A stretch of DNA of 64,000 bases from positions 23,417 through 87,416 of the forward strand of contig NZ_DATFAN010000137.1 of the NCBI RefSeq assembly GCF_035254525.1, in the 5' to 3' direction. The stretch comes from Ideonella sp. (lineage in GTDB: Bacteria; Pseudomonadota; Gammaproteobacteria; Burkholderiales; Burkholderiaceae_C). Position 1 is the stretch's first letter; every line of letters starts with the position of its first letter. Both the position numbers and the translations under genes were made by a program. The notes under the pieces were generated by a model, which was not told the origin of the DNA, did no database searches, and saw only the letters and a program-made list of their open reading frames with translations. Shown here piece after piece: positions 23,180 through 33,186 of this stretch.

Positions 23180-24358
23180 TCAGCGCATCTCGGTTTCGAC
23201 GATGGCGCCAACCTGAAGGAGCTGCTGCAACACGGCTTGCAGCTCGCGTTCGTCGATGAACGGAAAACGCGCAATCAAGTCGTCGCCCGAGAAGAGCTTC
23301 TGTTGCAGCAACCAGCTGACCGCCTGGTAGCAGGCGCCGACGTCGATCCGCGCATGGTCGATCTGCACGCTGAAGCCTTCGTGACGGCGTTCAACCCGGC
23401 CCCTCTTGGTGGTCGAGTAGTACTGCGCCCGCGTTCGTGCCGGTAACTCGAACGTGGCAGATGACGTCGCGAGCGATCGTTGATGGTTGCGGACCTCGAC
23501 GGCAAACGAGGGCGAGGTCATCAAGCGTTCGAGTTGTTGCGCCAATCGAGCAAGGTGCCTGCCGAGTTCGGCGGCGTTACTCGCATCCGGCAGGTATGCC
23601 CTGAATTCGCTGTCCAGGGCAGCGTCTGCTTCAAGCAACTTGAAGAGCGACAGCCCGGTAGCGGGTTTGACCCAGAACGTCACGTGCAGCGATGCATCGG
23701 CGCCGGTGACTGCGTCGTGATACTGCCCCCGCGGCAGGTACAACAAGTCGCCGGGCTTCATCAGAACTTCCTGCAGGACCCTGCCTCGGCTGGCGACGAG
23801 CCACTTCTCCGCCTCGTCGCCAGGCGGCAGGCTCGCCATCGGGTTGTCCGCACGCGCCTCGTAGATGCGCCAGAGCTTTTCGCCCTCGGTTTGGAGGGCG
23901 AACACGTCGTGCAAGTCGTAGTGCGTATTGAACGCCTGCACGCCCTGAAACGAGCAGTACACGTTCGCACCGGCACTGGCTGCGAACTCCCGCTGCAGCA
24001 TTTGCACCAGATGAGCCGCATCAGGCGACACGCGCTGGATCTGATTGGCCACGAGGCTGGCACCAAACCCAAGCAGCGCCTTGACCTTGCGCGGATTGGC
24101 GGGTGCCTTCTCGCCGGGCGCGATCTCGCCGACATCACAGTAGTTGTCGCGCAGGGCGAGCCTGTTTTGATAGAAGACCTTCAGCGTGTCTTCATTCCAA
24201 AAGGCGGTGAGTTCGAGTATGTCGTTGAGGCGTCGCCAAGTCAGTGGATTGTCGAGGGTGCGCCCGCGAGCATCGAGGTGCAGCGGCTTCTTGCCGTAAT
24301 AGTGGCTCTTGAACTCGACTGGGTCGAACGGCGCGAGAAACTCGGCGAAATTAGGCAT
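23180..24358 (-). CDS. JmjC/cupin-4 2-oxoglutarate Fe(II) oxygenase (YcfD/ROX-like)
   Basis: F...YYGKKPLHL N-terminus, HYD facial-triad motif, DVFALQTEGEKLWRIY, MKPGDLLYLPRGQYH distal His. Confidence 0.88.
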   Translation of the reverse strand: MPNFAEFLAPFDPVEFKSHYYGKKPLHLDARGRTLDNPLTWRRLNDILELTAFWNEDTLKVFYQNRLALRDNYCDVGEIAPGEKAPANPRKVKALLGFGASLVANQIQRVSPDAAHLVQMLQREFAASAGANVYCSFQGVQAFNTHYDLHDVFALQTEGEKLWRIYEARADNPMASLPPGDEAEKWLVASRGRVLQEVLMKPGDLLYLPRGQYHDAVTGADASLHVTFWVKPATGLSLFKLLEADAALDSEFRAYLPDASNAAELGRHLARLAQQLERLMTSPSFAVEVRNHQRSLATSSATFELPARTRAQYYSTTKRGRVERRHEGFSVQIDHARIDVGACYQAVSWLLQQKLFSGDDLIARFPFIDERELQAVLQQLLQVGAIVETEMR

Positions 24359-24463
24359 ACGACTCAGGCATCATAGCGTGTCGGCCTGCCGCAGCTGACC
24401 TGTGCACGGCTCGTCACGCGGGCAGTTGGCGGTCATTGTCCAATCGCCATCGAAGTCTTCGCA

Positions 24464-25372
24464 ATGACACCACTTCCCTCCACCGATTTGCCGGCCACCG
24501 ACCAGCAGGCTTGGTCGCGATACTGGGCGGCGGTTGCACCCGAAGCTGCTGGCTGCCTGCCGGGTCTGCCCGGGTCGATTGCAGGGCTTTTCGAATCGCG
24601 CTGGAGCGCGTACTTTCGCAGCCTGCCGCGTGGGGCGCTGGTATTGGACCTGGGCACCGGCGGCGGCGCAGTGCCGCGATTGGCAGCAAGCCTGGATCTG
24701 GGGTTGAAGCTCGTGGGCGTCGATTACGCCGATGTCGTGCCGGTCAACGACGACCCAGGAATCGAGTACAGGGGGCGGGTGGACATGAGGGCGCTGCCCT
24801 TTGTCGATGGCCACTTCGATGCAGTGACGAGCCAGTTCTCGATCGAATACGTTGGCATGGAGGCCGTGGACGAACTGCTGCGGGTTCTGTCAGATCGGGG
24901 CTCCTTCATGATCATCGCCCACCACGCGGACAGTGTGGTGCTGGACCAGAACAGGAAGCGCCTGTTGGCATTGGAGGGCCTGCTCGCCGAGGGGGGGATA
25001 GTGCAGTCCGCGCGGATTGCAGTCGATGCGGGCCGAGAAAGAGACCAAGCGACGCGCCACGACCTGGCCGGCCAATTGAAGGCGCTCAGGCTCCAACACG
25101 AGGGTCAGGGGGTCGTCGAGGAGATTTCAGGCTTGGTGGCGCGCATGATGCTGGAGCCTGATGCGCGCGCTGGTCTGCAGTGGCTGCATTCGCAGGCCCG
25201 AATGGAACAGGTTCGCCTTCGTGCGCTCTCGGCAGCCGCGTTGGACGAATCCTCGGTTGCCGCCTTGAGGGCCAGGCTCGCGCGACCGGGTCGGGCCGTC
25301 AGCTGCAATGTGATGTCGGCGCCGGAACTGGGGATGCCGATCGCCTGGCATCTCCAATCGCCGGCCTGGTGA
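24464..25372 (+). CDS. Class I SAM-dependent methyltransferase with helical C-terminal extension
   Basis: Motif I VLDLGTGGG, GVD, LPFVDGHFDAVTSQFSIEY. Confidence 0.85.
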   Translation: MTPLPSTDLPATDQQAWSRYWAAVAPEAAGCLPGLPGSIAGLFESRWSAYFRSLPRGALVLDLGTGGGAVPRLAASLDLGLKLVGVDYADVVPVNDDPGIEYRGRVDMRALPFVDGHFDAVTSQFSIEYVGMEAVDELLRVLSDRGSFMIIAHHADSVVLDQNRKRLLALEGLLAEGGIVQSARIAVDAGRERDQATRHDLAGQLKALRLQHEGQGVVEEISGLVARMMLEPDARAGLQWLHSQARMEQVRLRALSAAALDESSVAALRARLARPGRAVSCNVMSAPELGMPIAWHLQSPAW

Positions 25373-25408
25373 GCATCCATGCAGGGTCCGGTCCAACCGA
25401 TCCGCTGA

Positions 25409-26167
25409 TCACTTCGGCGCCAACCGGATCGCCCCATCCAGCCGGATCACCTCGCCATTGAGCATGTCGTTGGTGATGATCTGGTGCACCAGCTTGGCGT
25501 AGTCCTCTGGCTTGCCGAGGCGGCTGGGGAAGGGGACGCTGGCGGCCAGCGCGTTCTGCACTTCCTTGGGCATCGAGAAGAGCATCGGCGTGCCGAAGAT
25601 GCCCGGGGCGATGGTCATGTTGCGGATGCCGTTGCGGGCGAGGTCGCGGGCGATGGGCAGCGTCATGCCGACCACGCCGCCCTTGCTCGCCGAATAGGCG
25701 GCCTGGCCGATCTGGCCGTCGTAGGCGGCGACGCTGGCGGTGCTGATCATCACGCCGCGCTCGCCGGTGGATTCCGGCTCGTTCTTGCACATGGCCTCGG
25801 CGGCCAGGCGGATCATGTTGAAGCTGCCGATCAGGTTTACCGTGACCACCTTGGTGAAGGTGTTCAGCGGGTGGGCGCCGTCCTTGCCGACGGTCTTCAC
25901 CGCCGGGGCGATGCCGGCACAGTTGACCAGGCCCATCAGCTTGCCCAGGCCCGTCGCGGCAGCGACGACGGCGCGGCCGTCGGCTTCCTGGCTCACGTCG
26001 CAGCGCACGAACACGCCGCCGAGTTCCTTCGCCAGCGCTTCGCCCTTGTCAGCCTGAAGGTCGGCGATGACGACCTTGCCGCCGTTGGCCGCCAGCATGC
26101 GCGCCGTGCCTTCGCCCAGGCCCGATGCCCCGCCGGTGACGATGAAGACCTTGCCGGAGATGTCCAT
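25409..26167 (-). CDS. 3-hydroxyacyl-CoA dehydrogenase, HSD10-type SDR (IvdG-like)
   Basis: [35 protein letters not shown] and [13 protein letters not shown] motifs. Confidence 0.9.
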   Translation of the reverse strand: MDISGKVFIVTGGASGLGEGTARMLAANGGKVVIADLQADKGEALAKELGGVFVRCDVSQEADGRAVVAAATGLGKLMGLVNCAGIAPAVKTVGKDGAHPLNTFTKVVTVNLIGSFNMIRLAAEAMCKNEPESTGERGVMISTASVAAYDGQIGQAAYSASKGGVVGMTLPIARDLARNGIRNMTIAPGIFGTPMLFSMPKEVQNALAASVPFPSRLGKPEDYAKLVHQIITNDMLNGEVIRLDGAIRLAPK

Positions 26168-26209
26168 GAATGCTCCTGATGTTCGAGGGGGCCGAGGGCC
26201 CGATTGACG

Positions 26210-26225
26210 TTGACGTAAACGTCAA
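26210..26225. promoter_or_regulatory. LiuR-type operator TTGACGT-AA-ACGTCAA
   Basis: Perfect palindrome 42 nt upstream of the SDR start; matches the LiuR (MerR family) consensus TTKACGTwwACGTMAA. Confidence 0.7.
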
Positions 26226-26234
26226 TTGTGCGTC

Positions 26235-26265
26235 AAAAGAAAAGGCGGCCGAGATGCGGCCGCCT
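26235..26265 (-). terminator. Intrinsic terminator downstream of adk
   Basis: AGGCGGCCG/CGGCCGCCT 9-bp stem followed by TTTTCTTTT on the minus strand. Confidence 0.8.
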
Positions 26266-26302
26266 CTGATCAACGGGTCCGCGGCGGCGCGCCGCGGTGC
26301 AC

Positions 26303-27866
<1,564 letters not shown>

Positions 27867-27870
<4 letters not shown>

Positions 27871-28055
27871 TCCTCTTCAGGCGCCAGGTGGCGAGCTTCG
27901 CTGTCGAGCATCACCGGAATGCCGTCGCGTATCGGGTAGGCCACCCGGTCGGCCGGGCAGAGCAATTCGACCGGGCGCGCGGTCTCGTCGCGCCGCAATT
28001 GCAGCGGGCCTTTGCAGACCGGGCAGACCAGCATCTCGATCAGGCGGTGATCCAT
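27867..28055 (-). CDS. ycaR: Trm112-like protein (YcaR)
   Basis: [18 protein letters not shown]...[12 protein letters not shown]; lies between lpxK and kdsB. Confidence 0.9.
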
Positions 28056-28057
28056 GT

Positions 28058-29119
28058 TCATCGTGGCAGTGAGGGGGTGGCGCGGTCGGCCGGATCGGGC
28101 AGGCGCTGGCGCAGCGCCGCCGTGAACTCGGGAGGGAGCGCGAAGTCTAGCGCCACCACCCACACGCGGGTGGCACCCACGCGCTCCGGCGGCAGCTTGA
28201 CGGCGTCTTTCTCCGTCACCAGCACCTCGGACGTGTCGGCGGGCCAGGGCAGGGGCGCGAAGCTGGCGTGGTCGGGCAGCGGCAGCCGCTGGATGGTCAG
28301 CCCAGCTGCCTCGAGCATGCCGAAGAAGCGCTCGGGGTCGCCCATGCCGGCCGCCGCCAGCAACAGGCGGCCTTGCAGCGCATCCAGCGGCTGCACGGCC
28401 TCGCGGCGGCCCTGCCACCACGCGTCCAGCGGCATCGCGCCGGCGAGTGCGCGGCGGGCCACCGTGCCGGGCAGTCGCGTGCTGGGCCGCGTGGCGTTGT
28501 ACAGCACCTGCATCTGGGCCGGCAAGTGAGCGGGCAGCGGCTGGCGCAGCGGTCCGGCCGGCAGCATCAGGCCATTGCCGGCGCCGCGGTCGTCGAACAC
28601 GACGATCTCCACGTCACGAGGCAAGCGGTGGTGTTGCAAACCGTCGTCGGACAGCAGGATGTCGACCTCGCGGTGATGATCGAGCAGCGCTCGCGCGGCG
28701 GCGATGCGGTCGCGACCCACGACCACCGGCACGCCGGTGCGGCGGTGGATCAGCAGCGGTTCATCGCCGGCTGCAGCGGCGGGGGTGTCGGCGCCAAGAT
28801 CCACGATGGCGTCCCCATCGATCCGGCCGTAGCCCCGCGAAACCACCCCAGGCCGCCAGCCTTCACGGCGCAGCCACTCGGCCAGTGCGATCACGGTCGG
28901 CGTCTTGCCGGCGCCGCCGACGACCAGGTTGCCCACCACGATGACGGGGCAGCCGCCGAGCGGCGCGGCCCGATGGCGTGCGCGCCATCGCTGCCATGCG
29001 CGGTGGCCGGCGGCCAGCGCGCCATACAGCATCGACAAGGGTTGAAGCAAGCGCATCGCCAGGCTCGCCCGTGGGCGCCACCAGTGCGCCTGCAGGGCCT
29101 CGGCCCAGCGGTGGCTCAA
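28058..29119 (-). CDS. lpxK: Tetraacyldisaccharide 4'-kinase
   Basis: [35 protein letters not shown] and TEKDAVK motifs. Confidence 0.96.
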   Translation of the reverse strand: MSHRWAEALQAHWWRPRASLAMRLLQPLSMLYGALAAGHRAWQRWRARHRAAPLGGCPVIVVGNLVVGGAGKTPTVIALAEWLRREGWRPGVVSRGYGRIDGDAIVDLGADTPAAAAGDEPLLIHRRTGVPVVVGRDRIAAARALLDHHREVDILLSDDGLQHHRLPRDVEIVVFDDRGAGNGLMLPAGPLRQPLPAHLPAQMQVLYNATRPSTRLPGTVARRALAGAMPLDAWWQGRREAVQPLDALQGRLLLAAAGMGDPERFFGMLEAAGLTIQRLPLPDHASFAPLPWPADTSEVLVTEKDAVKLPPERVGATRVWVVALDFALPPEFTAALRQRLPDPADRATPSLPR

Positions 29120-29553
29120 GGCGAGGTGCCGGCCTGCGCCGAGCTCTGGGCGGCGAAGGTCACGCGCACCAAGCCGGCGCGGCGGGCGGCATCCAGCACG
29201 TTGATCACCGACTGGTGCGCCGCGGTGGCGTCGGCCGAGATGATGAGGAAAGGGTCCTGGCGTTGGCCGGCCGCGGCGCGCAATGCGGCGGCGAGCAGCT
29301 CGACGCTGCGGCCTTCCACCGGCTGCCGGTCGACGAGGTAGCGCCCGTCTGCGGCCACGGCCACGATGATCTCGGCCGGCCTGTCGCGCGCCGCGTCGGC
29401 GTCGGCAGCCGGCAGCGTCAACTGCAACTCGGTGAACTTCGAGTACGTCGTCGACAGCATCAGGAAGATCAGGATCACCAGCAACACGTCGATGAACGGG
29501 ATCAGGTTGATCTCGGGCTCGTCGTGGCGGTCGCCGCGGAAATTCATCGCCAT
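29116..29553 (-). CDS. exbD: ExbD/TolR-family biopolymer transport protein
   Basis: EINLIPFIDVLLVILIFLM transmembrane motif with the conserved Asp. Confidence 0.9.
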   Translation of the reverse strand: MAMNFRGDRHDEPEINLIPFIDVLLVILIFLMLSTTYSKFTELQLTLPAADADAARDRPAEIIVAVAADGRYLVDRQPVEGRSVELLAAALRAAAGQRQDPFLIISADATAAHQSVINVLDAARRAGLVRVTFAAQSSAQAGTSP

Positions 29554-29569
29554 CGCCGGTCTCCTGCGC

Positions 29570-30199
29570 TCAACTGCGCGCCGCCAGGCGCAACAGCATG
29601 TGGTGCAGCACGCGCTCGGCGCCTTGCTCCATGTCGTGCAGGTAGTCGTTGACGCGCCCGCGGAAGTAGCGGTGGCACATCAGCGACGGAATGGCGACCA
29701 TCAGGCCAAAGGCCGTGTTGTAGAGCGCCACCGAGATGCCATGTGCCAGTTGCGCCGGGTTGCTGCCCGAGCCGGGCGACTGCGAGCCGAAGATCTCGAT
29801 CATGCCGATCACCGTGCCGAGCAAGCCGAGCAGGGGCGCCGCGGAGGCGATGGTCGCGAGCGCGTTCAGATAGCGCTCCAGGTGGTGCGCAGCGTTGCGG
29901 CCGGCGGCCTCGAACGCGTCACGCAGCAGCGTCTCGCTGCAACGCGGGTCCTGCGCGACAACCCGGATGCCGCTCGCCAGCAACAGGCCGAGCGTGGAGT
30001 TTGACGCCAGCTTGCCGAGCACATCCGCCGAGGGCACGCCCTGGCGCAGCACCTGCAGCACCTCGTCGACCAGCCCCGGGGGGGCGACGCGCGCGCGGCG
30101 CAGCGCGACAGCCCGTTCGATGATGAGGGCCAGCGCGGCCACGGAACACAGTAGCAGGGGCCAGATCGGCCAGCCGGCGGCTTGTATGATCGACAGCAA
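29570..30199 (-). CDS. exbB: MotA/TolQ/ExbB proton channel protein
   Basis: APLLGLLGTVIGMI and GISVALYNTAFGLMVAIP motifs. TTG start at 30199 inferred. Confidence 0.88.
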   Translation of the reverse strand: MLSIIQAAGWPIWPLLLCSVAALALIIERAVALRRARVAPPGLVDEVLQVLRQGVPSADVLGKLASNSTLGLLLASGIRVVAQDPRCSETLLRDAFEAAGRNAAHHLERYLNALATIASAAPLLGLLGTVIGMIEIFGSQSPGSGSNPAQLAHGISVALYNTAFGLMVAIPSLMCHRYFRGRVNDYLHDMEQGAERVLHHMLLRLAARS

Positions 30200-30286
30200 G
30201 ATGCCTGTAGGCGCCAAGGCCCGAAACGAAAGACGCGCGATTATGAACTGATCGTTCGTCGCGGCCTTCGCCCCGGGGCCACTCAG

Positions 30287-30321
30287 CTTTCCACAGCGTG
30301 TGTGGAAAACACTGTGGGCAA
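30287..30321. promoter_or_regulatory. Cluster of three DnaA-box-like 9-mers (CTTTCCACA; TGTGGAAAA; TGTGGGCAA)
   Basis: Box II is a perfect TTWTNCACA in reverse, box I has 1 mismatch and box III has 2; spacers are 5 and 3 bp. Confidence 0.55.
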
Positions 30322-30411
30322 GCGGCGCGCAACCTTCACGAAGCCTGCAACGGCGCGGCCTGCCGACGCGTTGCACAAAAAACAGGCGCTCCGGCGCCGG
30401 TGAACAACCCG

Positions 30412-31719
30412 ATGGAACCCAACGCAGTACCCGGCCTTCGGGTCTGGGATGTGGCCGGCCTCCTGCTGGCCGTTTCGGACGCGCTGGCGGCGCGCTTTGC
30501 CGCCGTCGCGGTGCGCGGTGAGCTGTCGGGCTTCAGCCGCGCCGGCAGCGGGCACTGCTATTTCACGCTGAAGGACGGCTCCGGCGCCAACGCCGGCCTG
30601 CGCTGCGCGATGTTCCGTCGCGCCGCACTGATGCTGCCCTTCAACCCGCAGGACGGGCAGCAGGTGGAATTGCGTGGCCGCCTCGCGGTGTATGAGGCGC
30701 GCGGCGAGCTGCAGATGATCGTCGAGTCAATGCAGCGGGTCGGCGTCGGCTCCCTGTACGAGGAGTTCCTGCGCCTGAAGGCCCGGCTCGAGGCGCAGGG
30801 CGTGTTCGACATGGCGTACAAGCGGCCGCTGCCGGCTTTTCCGCGTCGGCTGGCCGTCGTCACCTCGCCCAGCGGCGCGGCGATCCACGATGTGCTGACC
30901 ACGCTGGCGCGCCGGGCGCCGCAGGTCGGTGTGGTGCTCGTCCCCACGTTGGTGCAGGGCGTTCAGGCGCCCGAAGCGATCGTGCAGGCGCTCGCGCAGG
31001 CGAACGGGCTTGCCGATGTCGAGTTGATCCTGCTGTGCCGCGGTGGCGGCTCGCTGGAAGACTTGTGGGCGTTCAACGACGAGCGGGTCGTGCGGGCGGT
31101 GCGGGCGTCGCACCTGCCGGTGGTCTGCGGCGTGGGCCACGAGACCGACGTGACGCTGGCCGACCTCGCCGCCGACCTGCGCGCGCCGACACCGACCGCG
31201 GCGGCCGAGCTCGCTGCGCCCGAGCGCGAGGCCCTGTTGCAGGCCTTGCAGGCGAGGGCGCAGACACTGTCGCGCCGGGTGCGCCAGCGGCTCGATGGTG
31301 CGTCGCAGGGCCTCGACACACTGGCCCTGCGCCTGCAGCGCCCGGCGCAGCGCCTGGGCACCGAGCAGGCCCGGCTGGCCGCCCTCGCGCAGCGGCACGG
31401 CGCCACCCTCAGTCGCTCGCTGGAGGCGCAGCGCGTGGCGCTCGCCCATCGCAGCCAGCGCCTCGTGCAGGCGGCGCGCAGCGCGCAGGCTCGCCAGGCC
31501 GACCGGCTGCGGGCCGAGGCGGCCCGCCTGGCGGCGCTGGACCCGCGGCGGGTGTTGTCGCGCGGCTACGCCTGGGTCGAAGCGGAGGATGGACGGGCCA
31601 TCGTCTCGGCACACAGCTTGCAAGCCGGGCAGACGCTGAGGGCTGTGTGGTCCGACGGCACCGCGCGCGCGACCGTCGATGAAGTGAACCTTGGCGCCCC
31701 GGCCGCCGATCACCCTTAG
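30412..31719 (+). CDS. xseA: Exodeoxyribonuclease VII large subunit
   Basis: GELSGF...[12 protein letters not shown] fold; [22 protein letters not shown] and APTPTAAAE motifs. Confidence 0.96.
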   Translation: MEPNAVPGLRVWDVAGLLLAVSDALAARFAAVAVRGELSGFSRAGSGHCYFTLKDGSGANAGLRCAMFRRAALMLPFNPQDGQQVELRGRLAVYEARGELQMIVESMQRVGVGSLYEEFLRLKARLEAQGVFDMAYKRPLPAFPRRLAVVTSPSGAAIHDVLTTLARRAPQVGVVLVPTLVQGVQAPEAIVQALAQANGLADVELILLCRGGGSLEDLWAFNDERVVRAVRASHLPVVCGVGHETDVTLADLAADLRAPTPTAAAELAAPEREALLQALQARAQTLSRRVRQRLDGASQGLDTLALRLQRPAQRLGTEQARLAALAQRHGATLSRSLEAQRVALAHRSQRLVQAARSAQARQADRLRAEAARLAALDPRRVLSRGYAWVEAEDGRAIVSAHSLQAGQTLRAVWSDGTARATVDEVNLGAPAADHP

Positions 31720-31817
31720 CCCCGTGTCAGGCGGCAAGCGCTGCCTACAATGCCGCCGCTCAACCTCACTGCCGTGCGCTGGACAAGGCGCCGCGCCCAC
31801 CTCGAAAGGAAAAAAGC

Positions 31818-32399
31818 ATGGAACACACCCTGCCGCCGCTGCCGTTCGGCCTGGACGATCTCGCCCCGCACATGAGCCGCGAAACGCTCGAGTACCACCA
31901 CGGCAAGCACCACAACGCCTATGTGGTGAACCTGAACAACCTGCAGAAAGGCACCGAGTTCGAATCGATGCCGCTCGAAGACATCGTCAAGAAGTCCAGT
32001 GGCGGCATCTACAACAACGCCGCCCAGATCTGGAACCACACCTTCTTCTGGAGCTGCCTGAAGAAGGGCGGCGGTGGCGAGCCCGGCGGTGCGCTGGCCG
32101 CTGCGATCAACGCCAAGTGGGGCTCGTACGCGGCCTTCAAGGAAGCCTTCGCCAAGAGCGCCGTCGGCAACTTCGGTTCGGGCTGGACCTGGCTGGTGAA
32201 GAAGGCCGACGGCTCGGTCGACATCGTCAACATGGGCGCCGCCGGCACCCCGCTGACCACCGGCGACAAGCCGCTGCTGACGATTGACGTGTGGGAGCAT
32301 GCCTACTACATCGACTACCGCAACCTGCGCCCGAAGTTCGTCGAGACCTTCCTGAACTCGCTCGTGAACTGGTCGTTCGCGGAGAAGAATTTCGGCTGA
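31818..32399 (+). CDS. sodB: Fe superoxide dismutase
   Basis: [15 protein letters not shown] (Fe-type AAQ) and DVWEHAYY motifs. Confidence 0.95.
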   Translation: MEHTLPPLPFGLDDLAPHMSRETLEYHHGKHHNAYVVNLNNLQKGTEFESMPLEDIVKKSSGGIYNNAAQIWNHTFFWSCLKKGGGGEPGGALAAAINAKWGSYAAFKEAFAKSAVGNFGSGWTWLVKKADGSVDIVNMGAAGTPLTTGDKPLLTIDVWEHAYYIDYRNLRPKFVETFLNSLVNWSFAEKNFG

Positions 32400-32421
32400 C
32401 CCGAGGACGCATCGACCACCG

Positions 32422-32449
32422 AGCCGGCCCCGCGCCGGCTTTTGTTTTT
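32422..32449 (+). terminator. Intrinsic terminator after sodB
   Basis: AGCCGG/CCGGCT stem followed by TTTGTTTTT. Confidence 0.7.
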
Positions 32450-32496
32450 GTTACGCTCGCGCCCCACGGACGACGACAAGATCGACGAGGAGACAG

Positions 32497-33186
32497 ATGC
32501 GGATCCTGCTGGTGGAAGACGACCCGGCGCTCAGCCTGGGCGTGGCGCGGGGCCTCGAGCGCGAGGGCTGGCAGGTGGACGTGCTGCACGATGGCGAGCA
32601 GGCGATGACCGAGGGCGTGATGGGCCAGTACGATCTGGGCATCCTCGACCTCGGCCTGCCGCGGCGCGACGGCATGGAGGTGCTGCGCCACTGGCGCGCC
32701 AAGGGCATCCGCATGCCGGTGCTGCTGCTGACCGCGCGCGACGAGTTGCACGACCGCGTGCAGGGCCTGGACGCCGGTGCCGACGACTACCTCGTCAAGC
32801 CCTTCGACCTGCCCGAGCTGCTGGCCCGCATCCGGGCCTTGAAGCGCCGCGCCCAGGGCCGGATCGACGAGGTGCTGCAGTGCGGCGAACTGAAGCTCGA
32901 CCTTGCCCACCGTGAGCTGACCCACCAGGGCCAGCGAATCGCGCTGAGCCCGCGCGAACTGGCGCTGACCGAGTTGCTGATGCAGAAGGCCGGCCGCGTC
33001 GTTCCCAAGGACTCGATCGTCGCCCGCATGTCGAGCTGGGAAGCCGATTTCAGCGAGAACTCGGTCGAGGTCTACGTCCACCGCCTGCGCAAGCGCTTCG
33101 CCGACCTTGGCGTCGTGATCCGCACCGTGCGCGGCTTCGGCTACCTGATGGAGGCCGCCTCCGGCAGCCATGGCTCGCCCGCCTGA
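32497..33186 (+). CDS. OmpR-family response regulator (TctD/QseB-like)
   Basis: ILLVEDD, ILDLGLP (phospho-Asp), GADDYLVKPF and IRTVRGFGY motifs. Confidence 0.92.
   Translation: MRILLVEDDPALSLGVARGLEREGWQVDVLHDGEQAMTEGVMGQYDLGILDLGLPRRDGMEVLRHWRAKGIRMPVLLLTARDELHDRVQGLDAGADDYLVKPFDLPELLARIRALKRRAQGRIDEVLQCGELKLDLAHRELTHQGQRIALSPRELALTELLMQKAGRVVPKDSIVARMSSWEADFSENSVEVYVHRLRKRFADLGVVIRTVRGFGYLMEAASGSHGSPA

Noticed and set aside
30287-30321. Interpreting the DnaA-box cluster as oriC
   Set aside because: Only three boxes, no AT-rich unwinding element, and no dnaA, dnaN or gidA nearby.
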